Shown here piece by piece: positions 1 to 11,673 of a stretch of 64,000 nucleotides of DNA. A model generated the notes under the pieces. The model was not told where the DNA came from. It ran no database searches and was given only the letters and a program-made list of their open reading frames with translations. Numbering within the stretch: the stretch's first letter is position 1; each line of letters opens with the position of its first letter. The stretch is from positions 72,292,001 to 72,356,000 of the forward strand of contig NC_083236.1 in the NCBI RefSeq assembly GCF_032191835.1. The letters run 5' to 3'. The stretch comes from Heteronotia binoei (lineage: Eukaryota). A program made the position numbers and the translations under genes.

Positions 1-233
1 CCAAAAGAAAAGCCCTGGAGGCCGGGCCGAAGCAGGTGGGCAGAGGGGCCCTGGGCAAGAGGATCTGAATCCACTCAGGTGACAGGTGACACCAGCTCTC
101 TGGGACAGCAGACCTTCCACAGTTGGCGTAGAAGTGTCCCCCCACATCCCTCACGCAAAGTGGTCCTTCCCCACAGACAGCTCCCCCCTGGGGAGAGTGG
201 GCTCCATTTTACAGCTCAATAGATCTGCGAGTG

Positions 234-3200
234 GGGGTGGGGGGGCTCCCTCCTTGGTGTTCTGCCCCCCCCGGGTAAGTGCATGTGCAATACATCGCCT
301 CTCCTTTCCCGGTGTAGTGCACGCTGCGTGGTCACTGTCTGGCTATGCCTGGCAGATGGTCACTGCAATGGCCTCTCCTACATTACTGCATCCGTGGCAA
401 CACCTTCTCGCTGGTCCCCCCCGTTTTCACAGAGTTTGCCACGTCATGGTGCTACCGAATGTCCGGCGGTATAACCGGATGGGCAGGCTGCGCTCACCAA
501 CCTCGCCAGCCAAGAGAAAGAAAACTCTAACATCAAGCCCGGGCAGACAGAGCTCGTTAATGTAACATCTACCACCTGGAGGACTCTCTGCCGGCATCCC
601 GGCTTACTGGCCATGGCAGATGACCCCATGGTGAAAGGGTGGAGCCAGTACTGCGCACACTGCGCTTCACCTAAAAATTCTTCTGCGCAGGTCTGAAAGG
701 TATCCACATCCACAACCCACAACATACCAAGTCCTGCAGCGATGGGCAAGGGGCGAAACGGCAGGTGGAAGATGCCACTGGAAGCCGCAGTCCCGATCCT
801 GCATGTAGGCGGTTCAGGGTATTGGTCGCCTGATGCTGACCCGGAGACGAAAGCATTTTTTGGCAGCACCCTGAACGACCAAGCAGCCTTATTTAGGGAC
901 AGCACTGCTTGCTCTGTATGGAGAGGGGCCTAGAAAAGGTGGCCTAAACAAAGCTCATCTCCCCCCCCCCCCCCACTTGGATAGCCGCGGTCAACGGGCA
1001 TCCTTACTTGCGGTTGAAAAATAACAACAAAGAAAAGGCATGCACCTGCCTCACAAAGTGTGCAAAGACTAAAGCTTGCTTGTTGGAACATCAGAACCAT
1101 GCTTGACACAGTAGACAGTGGTCGCCCTGAACGACGCTCTGCTCTAGTTGCCCACGAACTTCTCAGGTTGAATATTGAAATAGCAGCTCTCAGTGAGGTC
1201 CGTTTCCCTGAGGAAGGTAGTCTTCAAGAACACGGTGCTGGCTATACCCTTTACTGGTCGGGTAAGTCAAAGGCTGAGAGCTGCCTTTCTGGCGTTGGCT
1301 TCATGGTCAGGAATTCCATTGCCTCTAAATTCGAAAACCTGCCAACAGGTCACTCGGATCGCATCATGTCTATGCTCCTCCCTCTTCAAAACAAGCAGCA
1401 TGCAACACTCTTCAGTGTGTATGCCCCAACCCTTCAAGCAGATTCTGCAGAAAAGAATAAGTTCTATGCTGATCTACGCAACCTCGTACGGAAGACCCCT
1501 ACGGAGGACAAGGTGATCATCCTTGGCGACTTCAATGCCAAAGTAGGTAAAGACTCGGAAGCCTGGAAAGGAGTACTTGGCAAACACGGCATTGGCAACT
1601 GCAATGATAACGGGCGCCTCCTGCTAGAATTCTGCACAGAGCATCAGCTCACCATTACCAACATTATCTTCCAGCAGAAGAACAGTCTGAAGACAACCTG
1701 GATGCACCCACGGTCCAAGCATTGGCACCTTATTGACTACATTCTGGTGCGCCAGAGAGACCTTCGAGATATCTTACACACCCGAGTAATGCCCAGTGCA
1801 GAATGTCATACGGATCATCGTCTTGTACGCTGCAATCTCCGTCTTCACTTTAAATCTACACTCAGGAGAGGCGGTATCCCCCGGAGGAAGTTTCAGGTCG
1901 GCAGCCTTCAGTCAGCCGAAGTTAGAGCTGCCTTCCAGGCAAAACTCCAGACAAGAATTGAGGGCCCCAGTTGCCTCACAGATCCTTCTCCAGAAGCAAT
2001 CTGGGAACACCTAAAAACTACCATCCTGTTGACTTCTGAAGAAGTCCTCGGGTTCTCCACAAGGAAGAACAAGGACTGGTTTGACGAGAACAATCAAGAG
2101 ATCCAAGAATTACTGGTGAAAAAGAGATCTGCCTACCAAGCACATCTTGCTCAGCCCTCCAGTCCTGGGAAAAAAGCAACCTTTCGCGCTGTATGTAGCA
2201 ACCTCCAGCGCAAGCTTCGAGACATTCGGAACGAGTGGTGGACCAAGCTTGCTGAGAGAACCCAGCTGTGTGCAGACACTGGTGATTTAAGAGGGTTCTA
2301 CGAAGCCCTGAAGCAGTATATGGTCCATCATATCAGGCTCAGAGTCCCTTGCGTAGTGCAGACGGCCAAGTGCTCCTCACAGACAAGGCATCCATACTGA
2401 ACCGGTGGTCGGAGTATTTTCAGGTTCTCTTCAGTGCCAATCGCGTAGTTCAAGATTCAGCAATCCACCTCACCCCACTTCAACCAGTGAAAACAGAGTT
2501 GGATGAGATCCCCACCCTAGAAGAGACTGTTAAAGCCATCAAGCAACTGAAAAGTGGCAAGGCAGCGGGAGTTGATGGAATCCCACCAGAGATCTGGAAG
2601 CATGGGGGCATAGTACTACATAGCACTCTTCACAAAGTACTTGTCACCTGCTGGGAACAAGGCAAACTACCACAGGACTTTCGCGATGTAATCATCATTA
2701 TTCTACATAAGAACAAAGGGGAAAAGTCAGATTGCTCCAACTACCGGGGGATAACCCTGCTCTCCATCGCAGGCAAAATCCTTGCTAGAATACTCCTGAA
2801 CACACTGGTGCCACCATTGCAGAAGAACTCCTCCCAGAGAGCCAGTGTGGCTTTAGAGCTAGCAGGAGCACCACCAACATGGTATTTGTTCTCAGGCAAC
2901 TCCAAGAGAAATGCAGGGAACAGAACAAGGGTCTATATGTGACTTTTGTCGACCTTACCAAAGCTTTTGATACCATTAGCAGGAACGGCCTGTGGCAAAT
3001 CTTGGAATGTTTAGGATGTCCCCCAAGGTTCCTCAGTATGGTCATCCAGCTACATGAAGACCAGCGAGGCCAAGTTAGACACTGCAACGATCTCTCGGAG
3101 CCCTTCCCAATAGGCAGAGGTGTAAAGCAAGGCTGTGTTCTCGTGCCAACTCTTTTTACGATCTTCTTTAGCATGATGCTTCAAAGAGCCGCAGTAGATT

Positions 3201-4308
3201 TAGATGACGACGATGGTGTCTACATCCGCTATCGCACCGATGGCAGCCTGTTCAACCTGAGGCGACTAAAGGCCCACTCCAAGACAGTGGAAAAACTTAT
3301 CCGAGAGCTACTGTTTGCTGATGATGCTGCACTTGTCTCCCACTCGGTATCAGCTCTGTAGCATATGATGTCCTGCTTTGCAGAGGCTGCCAAGCTATTC
3401 GGCCTAGAAGTTAGTATGAAGAAGACAGAAGTTCTCCACCAGCCTGCACCCCAGGAAGATTATCACCCTCCTTGCATCACTGTGGGTGAATCAGTTTTGA
3501 AGACAGTCCAGCAGTTCAGCTACCTGGGGTGCATCATCTCCTCAGACGCCAAGATCGACAAGGAGATTGACAATAGACTGGCAAAGGCAAGTCTATTGGC
3601 CGACTGCATAAAAGAGTGTGGAGCAATAAGCATCTGAAAAAGGGCACAAAGATCAATGTTTACAAAGCGGCTGTGATGACAACCCTCATCTACGGCTCCG
3701 AATCGTGGGTATTATACCGTCATCATCTGCCACTCCTTGAGCGCTTTCATCAGCGCTGCCTTCGCACCATCCTCAACATCCACTGGAGTGACTTTGTGAC
3801 CAACACTGAAGTCCTCAAGCGGGCGGAGGTTACAAGCATCGAGGCACTGCTGTTGAAGACGCAGCTGCACTGGGCAGGGCATATCTCCAGGATGGAAAAC
3901 CACCGCCTTCCCAAGATTGCCCTGTATGGCAAACTTTCCACCGGCCATCAAAATAGAGGGGCACCAAAGAAGAGGTACAAGGACTCCTTGAAGAAATCCC
4001 TTGGCACCTGTCACATCAACCATCACCAGTGGTCTGACCTAGCCTCAGATCGCAAAGCATGGAGGCACACCATCCACCAGGCTGTCTCTTCCTTTGAGGA
4101 CGCACGCATAGCTGGTCTTGAGGACAAAAGGAGATTGAGGAAGAATCGTACTGCTACAGCACCAACCCCAAATCAGACTTTTCCCTGCAGCCACTGTGGC
4201 CGGACCTGCCTGTCCCGCATTGGTCTTGTCAGCCACCAGCGAGCCTGCAGCAGACGTGGACTACTGCACCCTTCTTAAATCTTCATTTGCGAAGTCAAGC
4301 CGAGAGAG
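234..4308 (+). mobile_element. Full-length RTE-clade LINE (APE endonuclease, reverse transcriptase, C-terminal C2H2-like finger), inactivated
   Basis: ORF pieces 1060-2400 (ACWNIRTM, AALSEVR, YAPT, ILGDFNA, IDYILVR, TDHRLV), 2349-2942, 2879-3361 (VDLTKAFD, GVKQGC, LFADD) and 3616-4278 (CSHCGRTCLSRIGLVSHQRAC) are separated by frameshifts and a stop. (GA)n tail. 13-bp TSD AGATCTGCGAGTG at 221-233 and 4309-4321. Confidence 0.93.
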
Positions 4309-5974
4309 AGATCTGCGAGTGTTGTGGATGCCACTTGGCCTTTTTTGCATGACCTGTCTAAGCAGATAAACGCCACTTCTTTTCAAAGGAGGAGCTCTTG
4401 GCCCCGCCTTCAGCTGCCTGTGCATGACCTGCCCTGTGCGAGAGCCCAGGTAGGAAAACGGATCCCTTCATGCCAAGTCTCTAAGCCCTCTTTAATCCAT
4501 CGGCAATGAACTGACCAGATCCAACAGTCAGCACCCCTGGAGAACAGCTCATATTTCAAACAAATCTTGAAAAACCTGTAGAAGCAAACCTCACCTCCAA
4601 CACCCAGGCAACCCCCCCCCTGATCTGCACTGCGGGAGGATGGAACAATGAGGACACTGTTGCGATGGACCACAACAGTAGCTGGCCCTCTTCACTTCTA
4701 CCGTTGTTCAGAGCTGTGTGAGTAGCCCCTTGCCACAAGAAATGCCCTTACCCACCAAGTAATCAGCAAACAGGCAGGCTTGCCCTCAGATGGCGTTGGT
4801 GGTCAAGAGAATGCTTGCGGATAGAACTACACCATGGAAGCCAGAGGGACTCTCCTTTACAGGGAGGTGTCTGCAGCACTTTGAATTTAGACAGCATATC
4901 TACATCAAACCTCCATTTAAAAGGTAAAGGTAGTCCCCTGTACAAGCACTGGTTATTACCGACCCATGGGGTGGTGTCACATCACAGCAGAGCTGCCCCC
5001 TCACCGAAGGAGTGGCTGAAGGCAGAACTGCGCTGGGCAAGAGGAAATACAGAAGAGATGCTGCTGCTGGTGGTGGGGGAGGCCCAACCAATCAGCTCTT
5101 TGGTTGGGAAGTCCCTGATCTTGCGGAGGGCCCCCTCCCCGCCCGACTGCCTCCCAGTCCTAATACCAGGAAACCAGCAGACTCTGTCTGTGGAGGGCTT
5201 TTCTAACTGACTTTCAGATCAGATTACCTCCAAGTGCTTTATGTGGGAGGAGCATTCCTGAAGACAGACTAGGGACTGCTGTTGATCCAGAACATGTTTG
5301 CTGAAAGGTTTAATTGTTGTGCACACAGAACGTCTGCCTTGTTCTCAGACTTCTGCACTGGCAGGCAGCCTTGTTTCCTGCTTGCTTGCCTTGACCTTCA
5401 AAGCCCCCTCGACAGCCTCTGTGTGAGCCAGAGACTCTGCCATGTAAGCCCTGACCTGGGCACCATCAGTTGTGACAGCCAGCCAGCCAATGTCCTCATG
5501 GCTTCACTAATGGCAGATATACGGGCTACAGCTCGTGGTTTCACCGATGCCCTGCGGCCACCTTCTCCATTCAGTTTTAGAAACTGTGACTTCTCACCGC
5601 TCTGACTCAAAACCACTTAGGAGCCAGTCAAAGAGGTCTGTGACAGGTGCTGCTTCTCACTTTAATCTCACTAGATGCATCAGCCTTCTAAGCGCCAAGG
5701 AGGGGTGGGGGTGGAGGTGCGGCCAGGGAAACGCTTCCAGCCAGACGGGCCTCTTAGGCCACAAGGAATATGTGCAGCCACTAGAAACAGCCCCCACGAC
5801 ATGTGCGTGGGCATCATGCCTACTTCACTGATGATGATGGAGAAAGACACACAGTGGCAGGGCAGGCCGCAGTGAGTGAGTGGGCTCTGCTGAGGCAAGC
5901 ACTCTTTCCAGAACCTGCACTGATGATGGAGAAAGACACACAGTGCACCTTCAAAGCTGAGTATGGGTAAGGTA

Positions 5975-6265
5975 GGAGCCCCGTGGCACAGAGAGGTCAG
6001 CTGCAGTACTGCAGTCCAGGCTCTGCTCACGACCCAAGTTCGATCACGGAGGAAGTTGGGTTCAGGCAGCCGGCTCAAAGTTGACTCAGCCTTCCGAGGT
6101 GGGTCAAATGAGTCTCCAGCTTGCTGGGGGGAAAGTGTAGTTGACCGGGGAAGGCAATGGCAAACCACCCCGTAACAAAAAGTCTGCCAAGAAAACGTCA
6201 TGATGTGATGTCACCCATGGGTCAGTAACAACTCTATGCTTGCACAAGGGACTACCTTTACCTTT
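5975..6265 (+). mobile_element. Sauria-type SINE
   Basis: tRNA-like head (GAGCCCCGTGGCACAGAG...GTTCGATC) and GGGACTACCTTTACCTTT tail. Same family at 41783-42075 (+) and 58515-58805 (-). Confidence 0.75.
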
Positions 6266-7876
6266 TAATGATTAAAGTATCTTTACCACCACCCCACAAT
6301 GTGTGGGTCAGAAGGCTTCTCGGGCTCCTCCATCTCCACCAGCAACTCAACAAGGGCACAAGAAAGATCCCAGGATCCCCACGAGATCTTTTGCTGGAAG
6401 CAACCAGGGCTGAGGGCAGCTTTCCATCCCTAGAAGGATGGTTTCTGTCCCTGAGTACCTTGCATTCCTTACGAGGTGCAGCGGCGGGTGGGTGGGGGCT
6501 TCTGCGGCTGCTGAAGGGTAAAGGCGCAGCCACTGAGTTTCCCTCTTGCAGAGGGCCAGAGACAAAGGCCTCCTTCAGGGAGCCAGAGCATCCAGTTCCC
6601 AGGAAAGAGGAAAGGGCTGTTTTGCTCTTCCGGCATTTCACGCCACAGGCCTTTTCCCTCCACAGCCCTCCTCCAATTGGAGATGGTGCAAGAATGGGAC
6701 AATTTTGTTTCTGGGAAGACCAAAAGGTAGATTAGGCGATGAGTGAGGCCAAAGCCATTAAAAGGTTTGAAGAGGGGAATATGAAAAGCTCCAAAACATC
6801 AGCAAACACCATTTTCACCCAACTGTCTGAATATTGGAGAAACCCAGCTAGCCAGTGTGAGCGGCAGACAGCACGCTGGTGCTTTAGACTCTGTGCTTGT
6901 CAGGAATTCAGCCAACTTGCTTACTGCAGAGCTGACTGGATGAGAAATACCACTTTCGGAGTTCTTTGGCATGCATCTGAAAGAGGCCTTGCTCACACAG
7001 TGTAGAAAGGCACAAGATGCAATTCCCAGCAGAGCAGCCCCGTAGTCAGAAAATTTTAGACGGGGGCCCCAGGGGATAAAACGTTAGGTGGGGGGGGGGC
7101 ATGGGGCACAAAATGACATCATAAACTTTTTTTAAACCCCCTGGGCAGCATGCATGCTTAGAGGCCTAGGGTGGGATTTGCCAAGGAAAAACAAACTCCT
7201 GGGGGAGGGGCTGCTTTTGGCCCTATAAATGGCACCGAGTAGTAGGAGTCTCATCCAACTATATTCCCCTCCCCCAAAAAACTCCTATCAACTACAGGAC
7301 AGCCTCTGATGCTGTAGCATTTGCAAAAACAGGAGACTCTGTTCCTTTCCAAGCCTGCTGGAGGTTTGTAGCAGGAGCGTGAAAGTGCCATTTGGAAACA
7401 AAACTGCCAATTCGCTCACCAGTCCTCCATTGCTCTTGATTCAGGCTGGTTTACATCCCTGGCTGAAAGCAAGAGCATTTCCATGGTGACCAGTCTTGTC
7501 CTCCAGTTCCCTCCCTGGAAATCTGGGAGACCAGAACAGAGACCACCTGGCCAAACGGTGCGGAGGAGAGCCGACTGGAGTAGCTTCCCGGGGGTGGGAG
7601 GGTGGGACAAAAATGTGGGCTGAAATGGAGGGTCCTCTTTGAAGGATATGAGCTGGCTCCCCCCACCCCAGGGCTCAGCCTGGCCACTCTGAGCTCCATG
7701 CCCTCCCTGCGGCTGGCCGCCTCCGAATGCCACTGCTGCTCTGAAGCTCTCCAGCAGGTAGAAGGGGAAGTTTAATGGAGAGGCCTGCCACCCCCATCCA
7801 ATAGCTGCAGGCCTGCAGCAGAGACTGAAACACAGCTGCAGTCTCATGTTGTAAAAAAAGGGCAGATTCATACAGT

Positions 7877-7882
7877 TTTATT
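7877..7882 (-). terminator. Probable TERF2IP polyadenylation signal (AATAAA)
   Basis: TTTATT on the + strand, about 355 nt past the TERF2IP stop codon. Confidence 0.55.
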
Positions 7883-7963
7883 GCCTGCTCAAAAGTAACC
7901 AAACAGCTGCCATTGTGATAACAAGAAATAACCCTGAGGGCGGGGTGTATGTGTGTTCTATAC

Positions 7964-8087
7964 CAGGGGTGGCCAACAGTAGCTCTCCAGATGTTTTTTG
8001 CCTACAACTCCCATCAGCCCCAGCCAGCAAGGGCTGATGCAAGTTGTAGGCAAAAAACATCTGGAGAGCTACCGTTGGCCACCCCTG
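7964..8087. mobile_element. Palindromic hAT-type MITE in the TERF2IP 3' UTR
   Basis: TIR CAGGGGTGGCCAAC. 57-bp arms with 3 mismatches and a 10-nt loop. Perfect 8-bp TSD TTCTATAC (7956-7963, 8088-8095). Confidence 0.9.
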
Positions 8088-8237
8088 TTCTATACAGTTG
8101 GCAGAATGGAGCCACAACAGTCCATTTGGTCATGGCGGAGATTCAGAGGCAAGTCCTTGGCCTTGGTCCTACAAGCCTCTACTCCCCACTCCCTCCCTGA
8201 AAGGAGAGTAACCCTCACAAAAGGCACTTCCCTCAAA

Positions 8238-11200
8238 CTAGGTCTTCCTGAATGCCACGCGGCTGTTCACGTTCTCTTCTCCGTATTTAGCTCTAAGCTT
8301 GCTTCTGAGATGATCGTCGCCTGCCAGCAGGTCGAGGTCATCCTGCCTGGTCCAAAGAGGCAGGCAGTCCTCTGAAGGCGAGCCAGTCTGCTGCAGACAG
8401 TGGGCTACGGCCGTGACTTCCCCACTGGTTTTCAGAAATGCTTGAGTCACGGTGGCCAGGTCCACACCAAACTCTTCCATGAGGCGTTTCATGTCTTCAA
8501 TTGCCGCTGCCACCTGCTCAGAAGGCCCAGAAGACGGGCTCCGAGGGACATCAGAACCTTCACTGGATGGGGCCCCTCCCAGCCGGACTCTGGGACTCCT
8601 TGGTGCTTCTTCCGATGTTCTGAGCTCAGGGTGTTTCAGGAGCATGCCCCCTGAACGGCTTGTGCTCTCGCTTTCCAACTAGAAGGGAGCCAAAGAAGAA
8701 CGTTTCAGGATGAACACGAGCTGTTTCTTGGTGGGATTCAGAATAACGCCATTGGCCCTTGTCCCCAGGAGACGCAACACCACTTGCAGAGCCCCACACT
8801 CCTAATGACACCATCCGCTGAAAGAGCTGCACCCCCCCACCCCCGTGCAGGTTCTGGAAAGAGAGGGTGCTTGCCTCAGCAGAGCCCACTCACTCACTGG
8901 GGCCTGGGGAGGGAAGAGGCAGAGGGGAGCAAAGGGCACACGGGCTTCCCCCTGCAGGAGCCTGTTGCGGCCGGACGAGCCTCAGAGCAGGACCCACCTG
9001 GGCACACCCCCTTCCCATTCCTTGCCAACTGGGGACTGTTTCTCCAGCTCAGGGGAGAATGAACAGCCAAGGCCTTCTGCCTCCTGCCAAAGGAAAAGCA
9101 ACGGATATTCAAGGCTTCCCGCTGCAGATGAATGCTGTGAGCCAGCCAGCCAGCCAGCAGTGGAGTCCCTCTGCATCCCTCTCAGCCTTGCCATACTCTC
9201 TGCAACACGAGGCTCAGGAAACCGGAACACTGCAAAGGCAGCACCCAGAAGAGAGCACGCAGGCTGTGGAGAAAGGGGTGCAAAACCATCCTCACCACTG
9301 CCCGTCCCTCCCCATACCTGTCCCTTGCGTGGCTGCTGCAGCGGTGGTTTTACTCTCTCTTCTCTGTGGCCAGCACCCTCTCTTCCAGGCAGCTTCCTGG
9401 GGTCTGGCACGAGAGCCCAGAGGCAGAGGAGAAGGGTGTTGGGCCCTAGATTTCCACGCCTGGCATAGGGCTGGCAGCTCACCTGTCTGCCAGCAGCAGC
9501 TGTTTCAACCACTGGTGGCCACAAGACCCACTGAGCAATGTCCCTTCCCTTGCTTCCTTAAAGCAAGGGCAAAGAGGACTTGGGGACATGGGGCTCAAAA
9601 GAGCCAACCTGACTTAGCCAGCATCAGCACATGCTGCGCACTGACTGTTCACAGCCCCGAGGGAGAAAGCCTGTGATTAATTAAGTAGCAAACACAGGGT
9701 GGAAGATGGAGACAGACATGGGGAGAAAATCTCTTTTAAGACAAGCTTCAAAAGCAAGAAGTCACCTTTGACAACTTGTTGTAAGAAAAAATACAGAACC
9801 AATGAAAATGACAAGTTTCATCTTTCTGTATTCCAACATCACAGATGATCTATATACTAATAGCCAAATCTCTGGATAATTGAATCTGTGGCTCAGGCCC
9901 ATTTACAAAGAAGTAAAAAATTTCTGCAAACTCTGGAGACTCCCCAGGCTTGCAGAAAAATCTTAACGCAAGAAAAAAGGCTGGGGGGAGGTGTACTACA
10001 GGCCCTAGAAATGGCAGCAGAGCTGCTGGAGGGGAGCGGAGGAAGGACTGTCCCTCCTATCAGCAGCTGGAGGAAAAAGATGGCTGGGCGGGAAGGAACT
10101 CTGGCGGCCTGCGGATGGGGGGGCTGCTCCACCCACCAGCAGCGCTCTCAAGAGGCAGTTGTGGCCCAGCTGAAGTCTGGGCTGAAAAGAGATGGCCAGG
10201 GAACCACATGGCAGCAACCCCCAGGGGCGGTTGGCAGCAGCAGGAGCTGGGAGAGTCCTGGGGAAGGAAGGGGGCAACAGCAGGGCAGCTTGGATGGGCA
10301 GGAGGGGGAGCGGTGCCCACTATCTGAAGCAGCTTCCTGGGAACCCCAAGAAGACAGCAGCCCCCCAGAGAACCATGACGCACTGGTGCAGAGAGGACTG
10401 GGGAGGCAAGCAGTGAGGAGCCCCCCCCCATGAATTCTGGAATGCAAAGAAAACAGGCAGACAGGTGGCAGCGGGTGGGGGGGGGGGGAGAGGAGCAGAA
10501 GAAAAGGAATAACAGTGTGGAAGGGTAAAAGTCTGACAGCAAGAGTGAAGTGAAATAGAAAAGAGACAAAGAGAGAAAAGGAATAACATTGAGTACGTTT
10601 GGAGGATTCATTGTGATATAGAAAGAACTGAAAATAAAACAATATCACAATGCCATGGTATTTATGGTAGATAATCCAGCTCTCGCAAAGGATATTGTAG
10701 AGCAGGAGTGGCCAAACTGTGGCTCTTTCACACATACAGTGTGGCTCTTGAAACCCCCACTATCCTGTTGGCTGGCTTGGAGAAGGTATTTGTCTCTTTA
10801 AATCACTTCTCTGAGCCAAGTCAGCCAGGGTCCTAGAGAACACAAAGTTAAAGTTGCTTTCTTTCCATCTCTTCCTTCCCCCATCTATTTGCCTGCCTTC
10901 CTGTCTTGCAACTCTCAAACATAGGATGTTCATGTCTTGTGGCTCTCAAACATCTGACATTTATTCTACGGGGTTTTTATGCTAAGCAAGTTTGGCCACC
11001 CCTGTTGTAGAGTCAACAAGGGTACTCTAGAGAGCACTTAAAATTTTCTGGAGTTAAACCATTCCCCGTTTAGAAAGGTGGAAGGTGCGGGGCATTAAAC
11101 ATACAGCGGCCATAGTCTGCAATGTCACATACAAAAGCAGAACAAGTGAAATGAATGAGCACCTCGCTGCCTTCAAATTCTTGATTAGCCAGCTGGAAAA

Positions 11201-11281
11201 TGCTAGGTGCCTTTGATCCTTCTGCGGAGCACCTTTGATCTTCTTGCTGGGGTACGTCCATTGCTGTCTTTCTTTGTGGTG
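8238..11281 (-). CDS. TERF2IP: TERF2-interacting protein RAP1, exons 2-3 only (C-terminal RCT domain); exon 1 not found
   Basis: Last exon 8678-8238 (TAG acceptor, phase 0) encodes MKRLMEEFGVDLATVTQAFLKTSGEV...PLWTRQDDLDL...KYGEENVNSRVAFRKT*, matching the RAP1 RCT domain. Exon 11281-11163 (119 nt, CAG acceptor, phase 1 to 0, GTGCTC donor) encodes ...IFQLANQEFEGSE. Head-to-head with KARS1 as in human. Confidence 0.9.
10703..11004. mobile_element. Non-autonomous hAT DNA transposon
   Basis: TIRs CAGGAGTGGCCAAAC / GTTTGGCCACCCCTG. Perfect 8-bp TSD TTGTAGAG (10695-10702, 11005-11012). Confidence 0.85.
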
Positions 11282-11384
11282 CTGTTAAAGAGAGTGGCAT
11301 AACCATAAAAAAAGGCTTCTAGCTTCAAAGAGTGGCTGTGTGGAGCTGTAATAGAAGACTTAGATTTGAATACAGGTGCACCTT

Positions 11385-11660
11385 AGAATCATAGAGCTGA
11401 AACTCACAAATACCTCTTCACACACATACACAGTGTGACCCCGGCTCCATGGCCAGAAGACGGCAAAAAAGAAAAAGAAGCGAACAAAAAAACCCCCTCC
11501 AGGATCCCTGGGGCCAAACTGGCCTGGAGAAAGGCTGCCTCATCCCGAAGTGGCAAAGAGCATCTCCCTGGGCGTGCGAGAAAGGGCCATGAGAACTAAG
11601 CCCTGGGGCAGCCTTTCCTGCCCTCCTTCTCAGGACCTGCCCAAGGTCACAGGGTCCTCG
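11385..11660 (-). mobile_element. CR1 LINE 3'-end fragment
   Basis: TAGAATCATAGAG terminus; body is similar to the CR1 3' fragments at ~24585-24745 and ~40070-40530. Confidence 0.6.
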
Positions 11661-11673
11661 TTTCTCTTAGGTA

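Noticed and set aside
959-974. Frequent 10-15 nt poly-C/poly-G runs throughout the window
   Set aside because: Scattered with no positional pattern; homopolymer lengths are also error-prone.
8845-10735. ORFs of 180-270 aa in TERF2IP intron 2
   Set aside because: Low-complexity, overlapping on both strands, no recognisable domain or consistent splice phases.
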